The notes below the pieces were generated by a model, which was not told the origin of the DNA, searched no databases, and saw only the letters and a list, made by a program, of their open reading frames with translations. Below, one piece after another: positions 18,832 to 27,963 of a stretch of 64,000 nucleotides of DNA; the first letter of the stretch is position 1; every line of letters starts with the position of its first letter. The position numbers and the translations under genes were made by a program. This DNA comes from Gammaproteobacteria bacterium. GTDB lineage: Bacteria; Pseudomonadota; Gammaproteobacteria; G965209235. The stretch spans positions 10,613 through 74,612 of the forward strand of contig OZ242382.1 of NCBI GenBank assembly GCA_965209235.1. The letters are read 5' to 3'.

Positions 18832-20283
18832 TTACGGCAGTTCGACAAACCGTGAGATATTCTTGCGGAATTGATACGGAATGACCCCAGTCTGTCCATG
18901 GCGATTCTTCATGACCCGCAACCGAACGGCTTCTCCTTGATCGCGAGCGGGCGCCTCAGCAGCGGAATCGATGTCTCCAGAGTCTTTCGTGCCCAGCTTG
19001 CCTGTGGTATCGCTGTCGAGAAACAGCACGACATCCGCATCTTGCTCCAATGCCCCTGAGTCTCGAAGATCCGACAGCTCCGCATCCCGCATCGGGACAT
19101 TCCCTTGCCGAACGACGGGATTACGGTTCAGCTGCGACAGCGCCAGAACGGGCACTTGCAGTTCGAGAGACAGCAACTTCAAGTCACGAGAGATGGATGC
19201 CACCTCTTGCTGTCGATTACTGCTCTTCTCGTTGGGCGACATCAGTTGCAGGTAGTCAATCACAATCAGGTCGAGTCCGGTGGGTTTGGCATGCATCTCA
19301 CGCGCAATCCCCTTCAACCGACGTGGCGTGAGATCAATGGAATCGATCGTATGGATTCCGCTGTGACTCAACCGCTCCATTCCGCGTTCAATCTTGCTCT
19401 TGGTCATATCGGTATCGTAGATTGGGTGGCGAAAAACGCTCAAATTCACCTGCTCGGTCAACGCGATAATGCGATGAAACAACTGAACGGCCGGCATCTC
19501 CAAGCTAGCCACGAGAATCTGACCTGGCACGTCTGTACCACTCGACGGCATCCCTGCTGACGCTGCAACGTTGAGGCTAAACGCGGTCTTTCCCATCCCT
19601 GGGCGAGCAGCGAGAATGATCAATTCAGAGCCATGGAACCCTTGAGTGATGTTGTCAAGACGATGAAAGCCGGTGGCTAACCCAACGACACGCCGCGTGC
19701 CGTCTGCCAAACGCTGCCGCGTTTTCTCCATATCGTCATTCAGTTGTTGAACAACCTTCAGAGGCGACTTAAGTGCACCTCCTGCTTCTTGCCTGCGTAA
19801 GACAAAGAGTTGTGAGACTGCTTCCTCGACTGCTTCCTCAACCGCTTTTTGCTCGCCAATACTGTGGCGCCGCAGCAACTCTTTGAGCGTGGTCTCGTAT
19901 CCGCGCTGCGCCGCCAGATCAATCAGTTGCTCGGCGTAGCCGTACGTGGCCTGAATAGATCCCACGCCCATCGCCAATTCGCGCAAGCGCGCGGCGCCAC
20001 CAGAGCTGGTGAGGTCTTGCGGCTGTGCTGCTGACAGAAAACGCTCAAGCGTGGGTACGTTTGAGTCTTCGTTTAAGTCAAGTTTCTCCAAGCACCGATA
20101 GAGCACCTGATTGCGCTCTTCGGAGAAGTGGTTCGCTTCGAAAGCGCTCGGAAGAGACATCGCTGCTTGCTTGTAATCAAGTAGCAGGGCGCCGAGAACT
20201 TGACTCTCAGCAGATTCGGAAACGTATCGGTGTACGGCTTGTGGTTGTGTCGCAGTTGGTGACTGCGATGTCGTTCGCGCCAC
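18832..20283 (-). CDS. dnaB: Replicative DNA helicase DnaB
   Basis: AARPGMGKT, SLEM, IDYLQLM, LSQLNR, DLRDSGALEQDADVV, KNRHG. Confidence 0.95.
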   Translation of the reverse strand: MARTTSQSPTATQPQAVHRYVSESAESQVLGALLLDYKQAAMSLPSAFEANHFSEERNQVLYRCLEKLDLNEDSNVPTLERFLSAAQPQDLTSSGGAARLRELAMGVGSIQATYGYAEQLIDLAAQRGYETTLKELLRRHSIGEQKAVEEAVEEAVSQLFVLRRQEAGGALKSPLKVVQQLNDDMEKTRQRLADGTRRVVGLATGFHRLDNITQGFHGSELIILAARPGMGKTAFSLNVAASAGMPSSGTDVPGQILVASLEMPAVQLFHRIIALTEQVNLSVFRHPIYDTDMTKSKIERGMERLSHSGIHTIDSIDLTPRRLKGIAREMHAKPTGLDLIVIDYLQLMSPNEKSSNRQQEVASISRDLKLLSLELQVPVLALSQLNRNPVVRQGNVPMRDAELSDLRDSGALEQDADVVLFLDSDTTGKLGTKDSGDIDSAAEAPARDQGEAVRLRVMKNRHGQTGVIPYQFRKNISRFVELP

Positions 20284-20300
20284 TCAAGCACTCAGTCGAG

Positions 20301-20750
20301 CTAGAGCGCTGTGACGGACACCTTGATCGTGACAGAGCGTTCAGGGTGCGGCACGACCTCGATACCTTCCGCGTCCCCAATGGCACGAATAGGCCCGGAT
20401 GGCATGCGAATCATCTGCGGTACCAAGTCAATGCCCTGTGCTTTCGCTTCTGTCGCGATTTCACGAGCACCGATGGAGCCGTACAAGCGGCCGCTGGCCA
20501 AAGCTCGAGCGGATATCACCAATTCAACAGAGGAGCACTGTTCAAGCACACGATCGGCCAGCTCCATGCGCTGCAGCGCGGCACGCTCAAGCTCCTTCCG
20601 TCGATGCATCACCATCTTTTGGTTTTCCGGCGTACACCTGACAGCAGCACCGCTCGGTAGCAGATAGTTGCGGCCATACCCGTCTTTGACGGCGACTTCA
20701 TCGCCAACGCCGCCCAAGTTAGCAAGGCGCTCCATCAAAATCACTTTCAT
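20301..20750 (-). CDS. rplI: 50S ribosomal protein L9
   Basis: MKVIL...LG..GD.V.VKDGYGRNYLLP, GRLYGSI. Confidence 0.96.
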   Translation of the reverse strand: MKVILMERLANLGGVGDEVAVKDGYGRNYLLPSGAAVRCTPENQKMVMHRRKELERAALQRMELADRVLEQCSSVELVISARALASGRLYGSIGAREIATEAKAQGIDLVPQMIRMPSGPIRAIGDAEGIEVVPHPERSVTIKVSVTAL

Positions 20751-21700
20751 GCTTTATCTCCTTGATTGTCAATCGCCAACCGCATCTGCGGAAGGCCTTC
20801 GGCGATTACATACACACATATCACACCAATTAGCGCGATAGCTGCCCACGTTGTCGGTTCCATTCCCAGTCCACCCAAGTACAAGCCTGCCGGGATCGCC
20901 GGCAAGAATGTGGGCGGAATTGAGGACAAAACAAACGCTAAAGTTGGCCGCATTCCGCGCTTGCAGAGCACGACCCACAGTGCTCGCCAAAGCACCGTAG
21001 GCGCTAGTATAGCCACAACGGACTCATTGCCATGTAGGAACGCAACTAGGCACCCAACCGCAACGATGCCAAATGAGATCAACTTCGTGCCTGCCAGTTG
21101 GATATTTCGAAGAACAATGTTGATGCGGGCATAGAAAACGCCTAAGCCTGCATCCATCAGCCCTGCGATGGATACCGCTGCCAACCCAACGGCTGCAATG
21201 AGTCCATCGAGCAATGAATCTCCCAACGACAACGCAGCCTGAAGATCAACAAGTACTGTTTCAATCTGTTGAAGCGCCAAGGTATCGAAATCCAAGACGC
21301 CATCAGCCACTAAAGCGGTCACTGGGAATCCCAGCAATAATACGCTCCATCGCAAGCGGCGAGTCAAACCCACTCTTCGGATCGTTGACAGCACGACAAG
21401 CACAGGCATCGCCAAGAGAAATGTCGGGTCTAGAGCATCAGCAAAGAGCCACTCTGCCATGGCAATAGCGACCAGACTGGCCACCAAACCAAGGAAAAGT
21501 GAGCCAATGCCCAGAGCGGCAGCCGCCGCCAACGTGATTGCAACGGTGAGGAGGGATACGCCGTACCCCGCCAACGTGTCAGCACTTGTCCACACAATCG
21601 CCTTTGCTGCTAACGCAACAAGCGATATAGAGGTGACCCCTCCAGCGATCCAGTTAGTCCAGCGATACGCGTGCGACACACGCCTGGCTTTGGAGATCAG
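20747..21700 (-). CDS. Polytopic membrane protein between rpsR and rplI (YybS/DUF2232-like position)
   Basis: Multiple hydrophobic segments and a conserved syntenic slot. Start uncertain: CTG 21700 overlapping the rpsR stop, or GTG 21679. Confidence 0.6.
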   Translation of the reverse strand: MISKARRVSHAYRWTNWIAGGVTSISLVALAAKAIVWTSADTLAGYGVSLLTVAITLAAAAALGIGSLFLGLVASLVAIAMAEWLFADALDPTFLLAMPVLVVLSTIRRVGLTRRLRWSVLLLGFPVTALVADGVLDFDTLALQQIETVLVDLQAALSLGDSLLDGLIAAVGLAAVSIAGLMDAGLGVFYARINIVLRNIQLAGTKLISFGIVAVGCLVAFLHGNESVVAILAPTVLWRALWVVLCKRGMRPTLAFVLSSIPPTFLPAIPAGLYLGGLGMEPTTWAAIALIGVICVYVIAEGLPQMRLAIDNQGDKA

Positions 21701-21918
21701 TCTGTGTAGGGAAGCAATCCCAAAAAGCGAGCACGACGCACTTCCTTCGCAAGTTTGCGCTGAGCTTTCGCGGTCAAGCCACATCGACGAATCGGGACGA
21801 TCTTCCCTGAATCAGTGAGGTACCCACGTAGCAACGAGATATTCTTGTAATCAATATCCGCTAGCGATGGCTTTTCATGCTTGATGGGATCAGCTGTCCT
21901 GGTAAAACGCTCTTTCAC
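21697..21918 (-). CDS. rpsR: 30S ribosomal protein S18
   Basis: IDYKN..LL..Y....GKI.P.R..G..AK.QR.L...[11 protein letters not shown]. Confidence 0.95.
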   Translation of the reverse strand: MKERFTRTADPIKHEKPSLADIDYKNISLLRGYLTDSGKIVPIRRCGLTAKAQRKLAKEVRRARFLGLLPYTD

Positions 21919-22358
21919 GATTCTTTGCCCTCTTCAGCATCATCAACGCCGATTTCAGCGTCGTCACTATCACTATCACTGTCACGATCGTTGCGGTCGG
22001 GTGTGTCGCCAACAGACTGTCGGCCTTCGCGCTCAGCACGCACTTGCATCAGCAACTGCGACTCACCCGACTCCAGTTCATCCTCACGGCGCACGATCAT
22101 ATGGCGCACCACTACATCACTGACGCGCAACATCTCGTCAAGTTCTTCGCGAGCCTCATGCGCACAACTAAAGTTGACAAGATAGTAGTCAGCCTTGTGC
22201 AAGCGCTGCATTTCGTAGGCCAGCGTTCGCCGGCCGATATCTTCGCTACGATGGATCGTGCCATCTTTCTCAATAATTTTTAGAGCTCTTTCGATACTCG
22301 CACCCCTTCGCTCAAGCATATCAGGGTGGGTGAGAAAGACAAGTTCGTAGGTGCGCAT
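21915..22358 (-). CDS. rpsF: 30S ribosomal protein S6
   Basis: MR.YE.VF..HPD, ED.GRR.LAY...LHKA.Y.L.N, V.R.MI; acidic C-terminal tail. Confidence 0.95.
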   Translation of the reverse strand: MRTYELVFLTHPDMLERRGASIERALKIIEKDGTIHRSEDIGRRTLAYEMQRLHKADYYLVNFSCAHEAREELDEMLRVSDVVVRHMIVRREDELESGESQLLMQVRAEREGRQSVGDTPDRNDRDSDSDSDDAEIGVDDAEEGKES

Positions 22359-22373
22359 TCAAAGCCAAGACAA

Positions 22374-22394
22374 CCCATGCGGCACACGCATGGG
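22374..22394 (-). terminator. Hairpin between the dcw cluster end and rpsF (terminator or rpsF leader element)
   Basis: 8-bp stem CCCATGCG/CGCATGGG with 5-nt loop, followed on the minus strand by TTGTCTT; only 15 nt before the rpsF ATG. Confidence 0.4.
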
Positions 22395-22410
22395 CCGCTT
22401 TCATTGCGAA

Positions 22411-22992
22411 TTATATGGTGCGGAGCACATCGATTCGATGAACATCCCTTTGAAGGGTGCGCGCACGCGCAATTGATGCGGCATCCGTGGTCGAAATTTG
22501 CTCACCACGAACGAAGAGTTTGAACACTTGTCTTTCCCGTCTGGAGCGGCCGATATCCCAGATACTAGGGTCGGCATCTGCCGTGTTGTCACACAAGTGC
22601 ACTTCACCTGGGCATCGTCCCTCGACCACGTCAACCAGTTCCATCGCATCTGACCACCACGGCTCAAGGGCCCGAATTCGCGCGTGCTTCAGGTTGAGCT
22701 CGCGTGCGTGGTGCAACACCGCGTCGCAGTAGCCGACATCCTCACGAGAACCCAGGTCAGCGAATAACGCCGTGACTGCAGGCACCTGCCCCCAGTGGTC
22801 ATGCAACCACGGCGGCAAGTCATCGGTTGTACGCTCCACCGAGCCAGGAAAGCGCGCAAGGTGTGCTATCTCAAAGCTTTCCAGTGGTGGGCGGGTCGCC
22901 GACAGCAAGACAGGTCGATGTTTTCGCCAGACCGCATCTGGCGACCCATCAGTCAACGGTGAGGTTCCAATCACGATGGCATGTGTGGCCAT
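22411..22992 (-). CDS. Highly degenerate, truncated FtsZ-like protein (193 aa) in the ftsZ slot
   Basis: Last gene of the dcw cluster. HAIVIGT ~ IKVIGVG; TALFADLGSREDVGYCDAVLHHARELNL ~ [28 protein letters not shown]; LEPW ~ TKPF; EVHLCDN ~ SLITIPN. Likely start ATG 22992. Confidence 0.55.
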   Translation of the reverse strand: MATHAIVIGTSPLTDGSPDAVWRKHRPVLLSATRPPLESFEIAHLARFPGSVERTTDDLPPWLHDHWGQVPAVTALFADLGSREDVGYCDAVLHHARELNLKHARIRALEPWWSDAMELVDVVEGRCPGEVHLCDNTADADPSIWDIGRSRRERQVFKLFVRGEQISTTDAASIARARTLQRDVHRIDVLRTI

Positions 22993-22996
22993 GACT

Positions 22997-23833
22997 TTAG
23001 TGCAATCCTCGCATGCAGGCACCCAAGAGCGCTAATAAGCCGGTGTTGGATTCGATGACAGTCTGCAACGCGCCAGTCTCGAGCCGAGATCCAAACGTCG
23101 CTTGCGTCGCCTCCAGTGCTCCGACATGCACAGCATCTCCCGTCGCCGGGCTCGGCAAAAGTCCGACTTTGATCGTCGATCGCTTGGGCCTGTTGGCGCC
23201 TGAAAACAACTCTTCGAACAATGTCTCAAACGCCTCGCGATAGCGCATGCGATCGACGCGCCCGTCCAACGTGGCATCATCAACCCACCCTGCGTCATCA
23301 GAGCCCCCGGCCCCACTCACGAAAACGCACGACGCACTGACAAACGTCCAACCCGTATCACTTCGTACCCAGGACGCTCCAGATACATACCCCTCATCGG
23401 CCAAGAGTGTGAGTAGCTGTGTTGCCGCCTCACGACTAGCGCGAAGAGGTGCGAGCAATTTCCACGCCACGGGATAGTTCACGACCCCCTGCCGTTCTTG
23501 ACTCCACACCGCAGCAATGGCGTCGTGCCATTGCTGCGCATCCTCACCCGAAGTGAGATAGGTCTTTAGAGGCGGGACGCCCCAATACGCGGTGTACTCC
23601 GCAATCACCGGGGACGAGTCTGGCACGCGGACCCCTTGTCTCCACCGAAAGTGAACCAAAGACAACTCTTGCTGTTTTTCCTTTGGCAGCCGTGACACGA
23701 CAGACGTCAACCACTCAGCAGCATGATTCGATGTCTCGGGCGCCGCAGTGATGCCATACACCTTCACTTGTGTTCGTGCCTGCATCGCCAATATCCAGTA
23801 CCTCTCAGTCAATAAGAGAAGGCAGCTTCTCAC
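22997..23833 (-). CDS. Highly degenerate FtsA-like protein (278 aa) in the ftsA slot
   Basis: GTGA-coupled to ftsQ. RYREAFETLFEEL ~ RYTELLNLVNEEI; TGDA ~ TGGA; GALEATQATFGSRLETGA ~ GLAACAQRVFHTQVRIGA; VKVYGITAAP ~ VNIIGVGSCP. Confidence 0.65.
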   Translation of the reverse strand: MRSCLLLLTERYWILAMQARTQVKVYGITAAPETSNHAAEWLTSVVSRLPKEKQQELSLVHFRWRQGVRVPDSSPVIAEYTAYWGVPPLKTYLTSGEDAQQWHDAIAAVWSQERQGVVNYPVAWKLLAPLRASREAATQLLTLLADEGYVSGASWVRSDTGWTFVSASCVFVSGAGGSDDAGWVDDATLDGRVDRMRYREAFETLFEELFSGANRPKRSTIKVGLLPSPATGDAVHVGALEATQATFGSRLETGALQTVIESNTGLLALLGACMRGLH

Positions 23834-24591
23834 GCGTCTACAGTGCGCCGACAGTGAACGGCGTAAAGATCCGGCGCCGTTGTGACACCCGCAGAATAGG
23901 TTGTTACCACACGAATGTTCCGCCGATCCGGTGCGTAAGCAAGATATGCCAACGCCCGAGCCAAACGTGTGGGAAATTCGCGGCGACCCAGTTCAATACG
24001 CCTCGCCCCGTTTACGACAACCGCCCAAGACGTTACAGCGTCACTGGGCACACACACAGCATCCACAGAAATACCGTTAGATGCCATGTGGACAGCTGTG
24101 ATCAACGAAATCGCTGTAAGGACGTCGTCATGGGCGAGCTCTCGATCGGAATCGATAACTGGCAGGCGCGCGATGAGGTCGTCGATCAGCGGCGGCGGCA
24201 AAATCGTGGCATCGGCAAAAATAAGCCGATGTCGCTTGGTAATCGCAATCGGCGGTGCGTTACGCACCACGACATCAATCCCGCGGTCAAACGTGAGCTT
24301 GGCCTTGATGTACTCCGCACTGGGCAAGATGTCATTGAAGAGACCAATGGCATCTTGCGTGAGACACGTCCGTTGTTTCTTGCAGCGTTGGAAAAACTGC
24401 TGAGCAACAGCCTCTGGGTCAAACCAGATCGCTTCTTCTTGATGGGCATCTGTGACGCTTATCCGCATCCACATCGGCTCATACGTCATCACGGCCATAA
24501 TCAAAATCATGAGCGGCGACACAACCGCCGCCACCCACAAGATGACCGTATTGCTCCGAACTGTCGGGAGCGAGTACTCGTGACTACGCAT
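23830..24591 (-). CDS. ftsQ: Divergent cell division protein FtsQ
   Basis: Follows ddl; single N-terminal TM; POTRA-like LP...I.....D.GI.V.V....PIA; SW.VVVNG...IELGR....RL.R; terminal Y..G. Likely start ATG 24591. Confidence 0.65.
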   Translation of the reverse strand: MRSHEYSLPTVRSNTVILWVAAVVSPLMILIMAVMTYEPMWMRISVTDAHQEEAIWFDPEAVAQQFFQRCKKQRTCLTQDAIGLFNDILPSAEYIKAKLTFDRGIDVVVRNAPPIAITKRHRLIFADATILPPPLIDDLIARLPVIDSDRELAHDDVLTAISLITAVHMASNGISVDAVCVPSDAVTSWAVVVNGARRIELGRREFPTRLARALAYLAYAPDRRNIRVVTTYSAGVTTAPDLYAVHCRRTVDA

Positions 24592-25483
24592 CAAGGCAAT
24601 CACCAACCGCCAAGGAGATGAGTTTGTCAATCACATCCTCGAATGACCATCCCCTAAGAAGAGCGGCTTTCGGGACGAGTGACTGAGCCGTCATTCCCGG
24701 CGTGGCGTTAATCTCCAGCAGATGTAGCGCGTCGTTGTGAACAATCAAGTCGACGCGTGACCAGTGTCGCAGCCCAATCAGCCGATGGGCTTCCAGCGCA
24801 ACACGCTGGGCTTGTATGATCACGGATGACTCGGTTACAGGCACGTATTGCGTGTCGCGCCGAGAGTATTTCGCGTCGTAGTCATAAAACGCATTTGCTG
24901 CGCTAATCCATAACGGCTGAAGTGGGCAGTTGTCTATGATGGCAACCGTGCATTCGCGTCCGTCAGCCACGCATTCGGCGAGCACATCCCCATGTTTAGC
25001 AGCCATGTCAAACGCCTCATCAATCGGCGCGTGGTTTCGTCCGGCAATTGACATGCCCACCGATGACCCTCCGCAGTTGGGCTTGATGAAGGCTGTGCCG
25101 CCAAACGCCTGACAGGCTTGTTGAGCTTCTTCGATCGAAGTCACTAAGCGCCCATCCAGTACCGGCAACCCACACCTTCCCCATAGCGACAAGCAGGCAA
25201 ACTTGTTCATCGCTAACGCCGAGGGACTAGCGGCGCTCCCGGTGTACGGGACCTTGAACATCTCTGCGATCGTGGCTACAGCCCCGGACTCGCCCGGAGC
25301 GCCGTGGCACGCATTAAAAACCACATCTGGCCTGTCAGACATGAGTTCTCGCCCGAGATCCTCCAACGGAATCAGGACCGGCTGATGTCCCAGTTGGCGG
25401 GCCGCTTGAAAAACCGCATCCGCAGAGCGACGTGAAATATCTGCTTCGCTGCGATTGCCACCCCAAGCGATGGCTACTCTCAT
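24584..25483 (-). CDS. ddl: D-alanine--D-alanine ligase
   Basis: GG..SE..IS..S, HG.PGE.G, IKP..GGSSVG, FYDYDAKY omega loop, RVD, LEINATPGMT. Confidence 0.93.
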   Translation of the reverse strand: MRVAIAWGGNRSEADISRRSADAVFQAARQLGHQPVLIPLEDLGRELMSDRPDVVFNACHGAPGESGAVATIAEMFKVPYTGSAASPSALAMNKFACLSLWGRCGLPVLDGRLVTSIEEAQQACQAFGGTAFIKPNCGGSSVGMSIAGRNHAPIDEAFDMAAKHGDVLAECVADGRECTVAIIDNCPLQPLWISAANAFYDYDAKYSRRDTQYVPVTESSVIIQAQRVALEAHRLIGLRHWSRVDLIVHNDALHLLEINATPGMTAQSLVPKAALLRGWSFEDVIDKLISLAVGDCLDA

Positions 25484-26895
25484 TGCGAGGGGGACATCAA
25501 CGACGAGGCCAGATTGCTCACGTCACCGGCCCCTTGGATCAAAATGACGTCGTCTTCTTTGACAATCGCTTTCAACGCATCCATTACTCGACTCAACGTT
25601 TTGGGAAAGACGGGAGTGACTTGACGCTGCTCACGGATCACCCGGCACAAGTCCTCCGTGGTCCCGCCTTGATGAATCGACTCTCCAGCCGGATACACGT
25701 CCAGCAACACGAGCTCATCCACACTCGCCAGCGTGGATGCAAAGGCATCGAGATGAAACGATGTGCGGCTGTACCGATGCGGCTGGAACACCACCACCAA
25801 TCGCCTCTCTGGCCAGCTCGCGCGCACGGCGGCAAAAGTGGCTTCCAATTCCGTCGGATGATGTCCGTAGTCGTCAACAACCAGTGTCTTCACACCGAGC
25901 GCCGTCGTCTCCCCGCGCACCTCCATGCGCCGATGAACCCCTTCGAAGCTCATGAGCGCAGACAAAGCCGCGTCGCGCTCAACCCCTTCAATACTGGCTA
26001 TCGTCAAAGCTGCCACCGCATTCAACACCATGTGCTGCCCGCGCAGCGGCGTTGATACCTCAGTGGGCCCTCCGCCAAAGATGCCATGGGTCACAAAGGT
26101 TGCGCCATCTTGCTTCAGTTCGATGTCTGTGACACGGACGTCAGCATCAGGATGCGCGCCGTAGGTCACAACTTTTCGAGGCACCCGCGCAGCCATCTGC
26201 CTGAGTACGGCACTGTCCGTCCCCACCACGGCATAGCCAAAAAAAGGCAACCGATGCAAAAACGCTTCGAAGTGCGCGATAAGCTTCTTCATGTCACCGT
26301 CAAATTTCTCGAGGTGATCAGCATCAAGGTTGGTGACGATCGTGATATCGGGCGCCAAACTTTCAAAAGTCCCATCGCTCTCATCAGCTTCTGCCACCAT
26401 CCAACCATGACGGACCAGCGCTCGTCCTTTCCCTAGTCCTGCCAGCAGCCCTCCGACAACAGATGTTGTCGGCATCCCGCCGTGAGACAGAAGATGTGAG
26501 ACCATGCCGGTGGTCGTCGTTTTGCCGTGCGTGCCCGCCACCGCAATGCCGTTGTAGAGACGCATTAATCCCGACAACATCTCAGCGCGAGGAATGACGG
26601 TCGCAACCGTTCTGGCGTATGCGAGTTCAAGATTGGTATCCGGTACCGCTGGCGAATACACCACCAAGTCAGCACCGCGCGCAGCGTGCGTTTGATGCCC
26701 TATGGCAACATCAACACCTAACGCGACAAGTCGGCGCGTTTGCGGGGATGGGTTGGCATCAGATCCCGTGATGTGATAGCCCATGTGATACATGAGCTCA
26801 GCGATCCCGCACATCCCTGAGCCGCCAATCCCAATGAAGTGCACACGGCGAATACGCGCAAGTGGGCCGTGCGCGTCTCGCGCATGATCCCTCAC
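25480..26895 (-). CDS. murC: UDP-N-acetylmuramate--L-alanine ligase
   Basis: HFIGIGGSGM, AGTHGKTTTT, EADESD, DDYGHHPTE, FQPHRYSRT. Confidence 0.96.
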   Translation of the reverse strand: MRDHARDAHGPLARIRRVHFIGIGGSGMCGIAELMYHMGYHITGSDANPSPQTRRLVALGVDVAIGHQTHAARGADLVVYSPAVPDTNLELAYARTVATVIPRAEMLSGLMRLYNGIAVAGTHGKTTTTGMVSHLLSHGGMPTTSVVGGLLAGLGKGRALVRHGWMVAEADESDGTFESLAPDITIVTNLDADHLEKFDGDMKKLIAHFEAFLHRLPFFGYAVVGTDSAVLRQMAARVPRKVVTYGAHPDADVRVTDIELKQDGATFVTHGIFGGGPTEVSTPLRGQHMVLNAVAALTIASIEGVERDAALSALMSFEGVHRRMEVRGETTALGVKTLVVDDYGHHPTELEATFAAVRASWPERRLVVVFQPHRYSRTSFHLDAFASTLASVDELVLLDVYPAGESIHQGGTTEDLCRVIREQRQVTPVFPKTLSRVMDALKAIVKEDDVILIQGAGDVSNLASSLMSPSQ

Positions 26896-27956
26896 GCGTT
26901 CAGTCGCTCAACAATTTGCTGCGCAATCCGTCGCGCGGCTGCGACAGAAGCCACTTTCTCATCAATGTCAACAGGGTTGGGTATCACGCGGATCTCTTCG
27001 ATCGCGTCATGCAAAGCCTCACCTCCATCCGCTTGCTCAACGATCTTCACCCAAGGGCGACCAGCGACAAACTGGGCATTCGCGCGCTGATGATCTTTAG
27101 CAGCATGAGGCAGCGGAACAACGATGGCCTTCCGGGGAGCGCTCACAATCTCAGCCAACGCTGACGCACCGCCACGCGTCACGATGACGTCAGACTTCGC
27201 GATGTCATCTTGGATATCCGTCGCGTACTCCACCAAATCCACGGTCACGGTCTTTGACATGCGCGAAGACAGCGCCTTAAGTTCCCGACGCACCGTTTCA
27301 TGAAGAAGCCGCCCTGTTACCCAAGTCACATGTAAATCATGCCCGTGGAACAACGAGTGCCACAGCAAGGTGAACAGCCCTTGAGCGCCACTGCTACCAC
27401 CGACGACGAGAACACGACACGCTTTTTTGTTTGGGGGAGGAGCCATCCCCTCAAAAGCCGCGCGCAGCGGTATCCCCTCTCTGTGGTACTTTTTCCCTTG
27501 CAGCGTTTGATTAAATCCGAGATAAACCCGTTCACTAAATGGGGTCAGGGCCTTGATTACCATGCCGGAAAAAGCATTTTGCTCAAGAAGCCATATCGGA
27601 CGACGAGCGCCAACCGCGGCAAAGCTCCCAGGGGTGGCTGCATACCCTCCCGATGAAAACACAAGATCTGCATCACACCGCTTCAAAATTTGGCGTCCCC
27701 GCAACAAAGGGATCAGCGCCAGTTTCAGAATGCGGACGGCGATATTTGCGTTACCAGGTATCAAATCGGAGCACTTTATCGCCGGAATACCGGCCTCCTT
27801 AGCGAGATTCCTTTCAACTGCGGTCATGCTGAGCCAACAACTGTCGACACCGAGAAGTTTGAGTTGCTCGGCAATCGCCAGCAACGGATACACGTGTCCA
27901 GCTGTCCCGCCACCCGCGAAGGCGACAGTGAAACGTCGAGATTTGGATCGCGGCAT
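26892..27956 (-). CDS. murG: Lipid II GlcNAc transferase MurG
   Basis: GGGTAGHVYP, GGY, EQN, GGSSGA, RGGASALAE, HQRANA. Likely start ATG 27956. Confidence 0.92.
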   Translation of the reverse strand: MPRSKSRRFTVAFAGGGTAGHVYPLLAIAEQLKLLGVDSCWLSMTAVERNLAKEAGIPAIKCSDLIPGNANIAVRILKLALIPLLRGRQILKRCDADLVFSSGGYAATPGSFAAVGARRPIWLLEQNAFSGMVIKALTPFSERVYLGFNQTLQGKKYHREGIPLRAAFEGMAPPPNKKACRVLVVGGSSGAQGLFTLLWHSLFHGHDLHVTWVTGRLLHETVRRELKALSSRMSKTVTVDLVEYATDIQDDIAKSDVIVTRGGASALAEIVSAPRKAIVVPLPHAAKDHQRANAQFVAGRPWVKIVEQADGGEALHDAIEEIRVIPNPVDIDEKVASVAAARRIAQQIVERLNA

Positions 27957-27963
27957 ATGAAGG

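Noticed and set aside
18832-20283. Intein in DnaB (also considered for RecA)
   Set aside because: Both proteins are of normal length with contiguous motifs.
21964-21987. TCACTA-like tandem repeat
   Set aside because: Encodes the Asp-Ser acidic tail of ribosomal protein S6.
23770-24621. Long plus-strand ORF (283 aa) and other antisense or nested ORFs in the track
   Set aside because: Shadows of real genes on the other strand or frame, expected at this GC, with no recognisable motifs.
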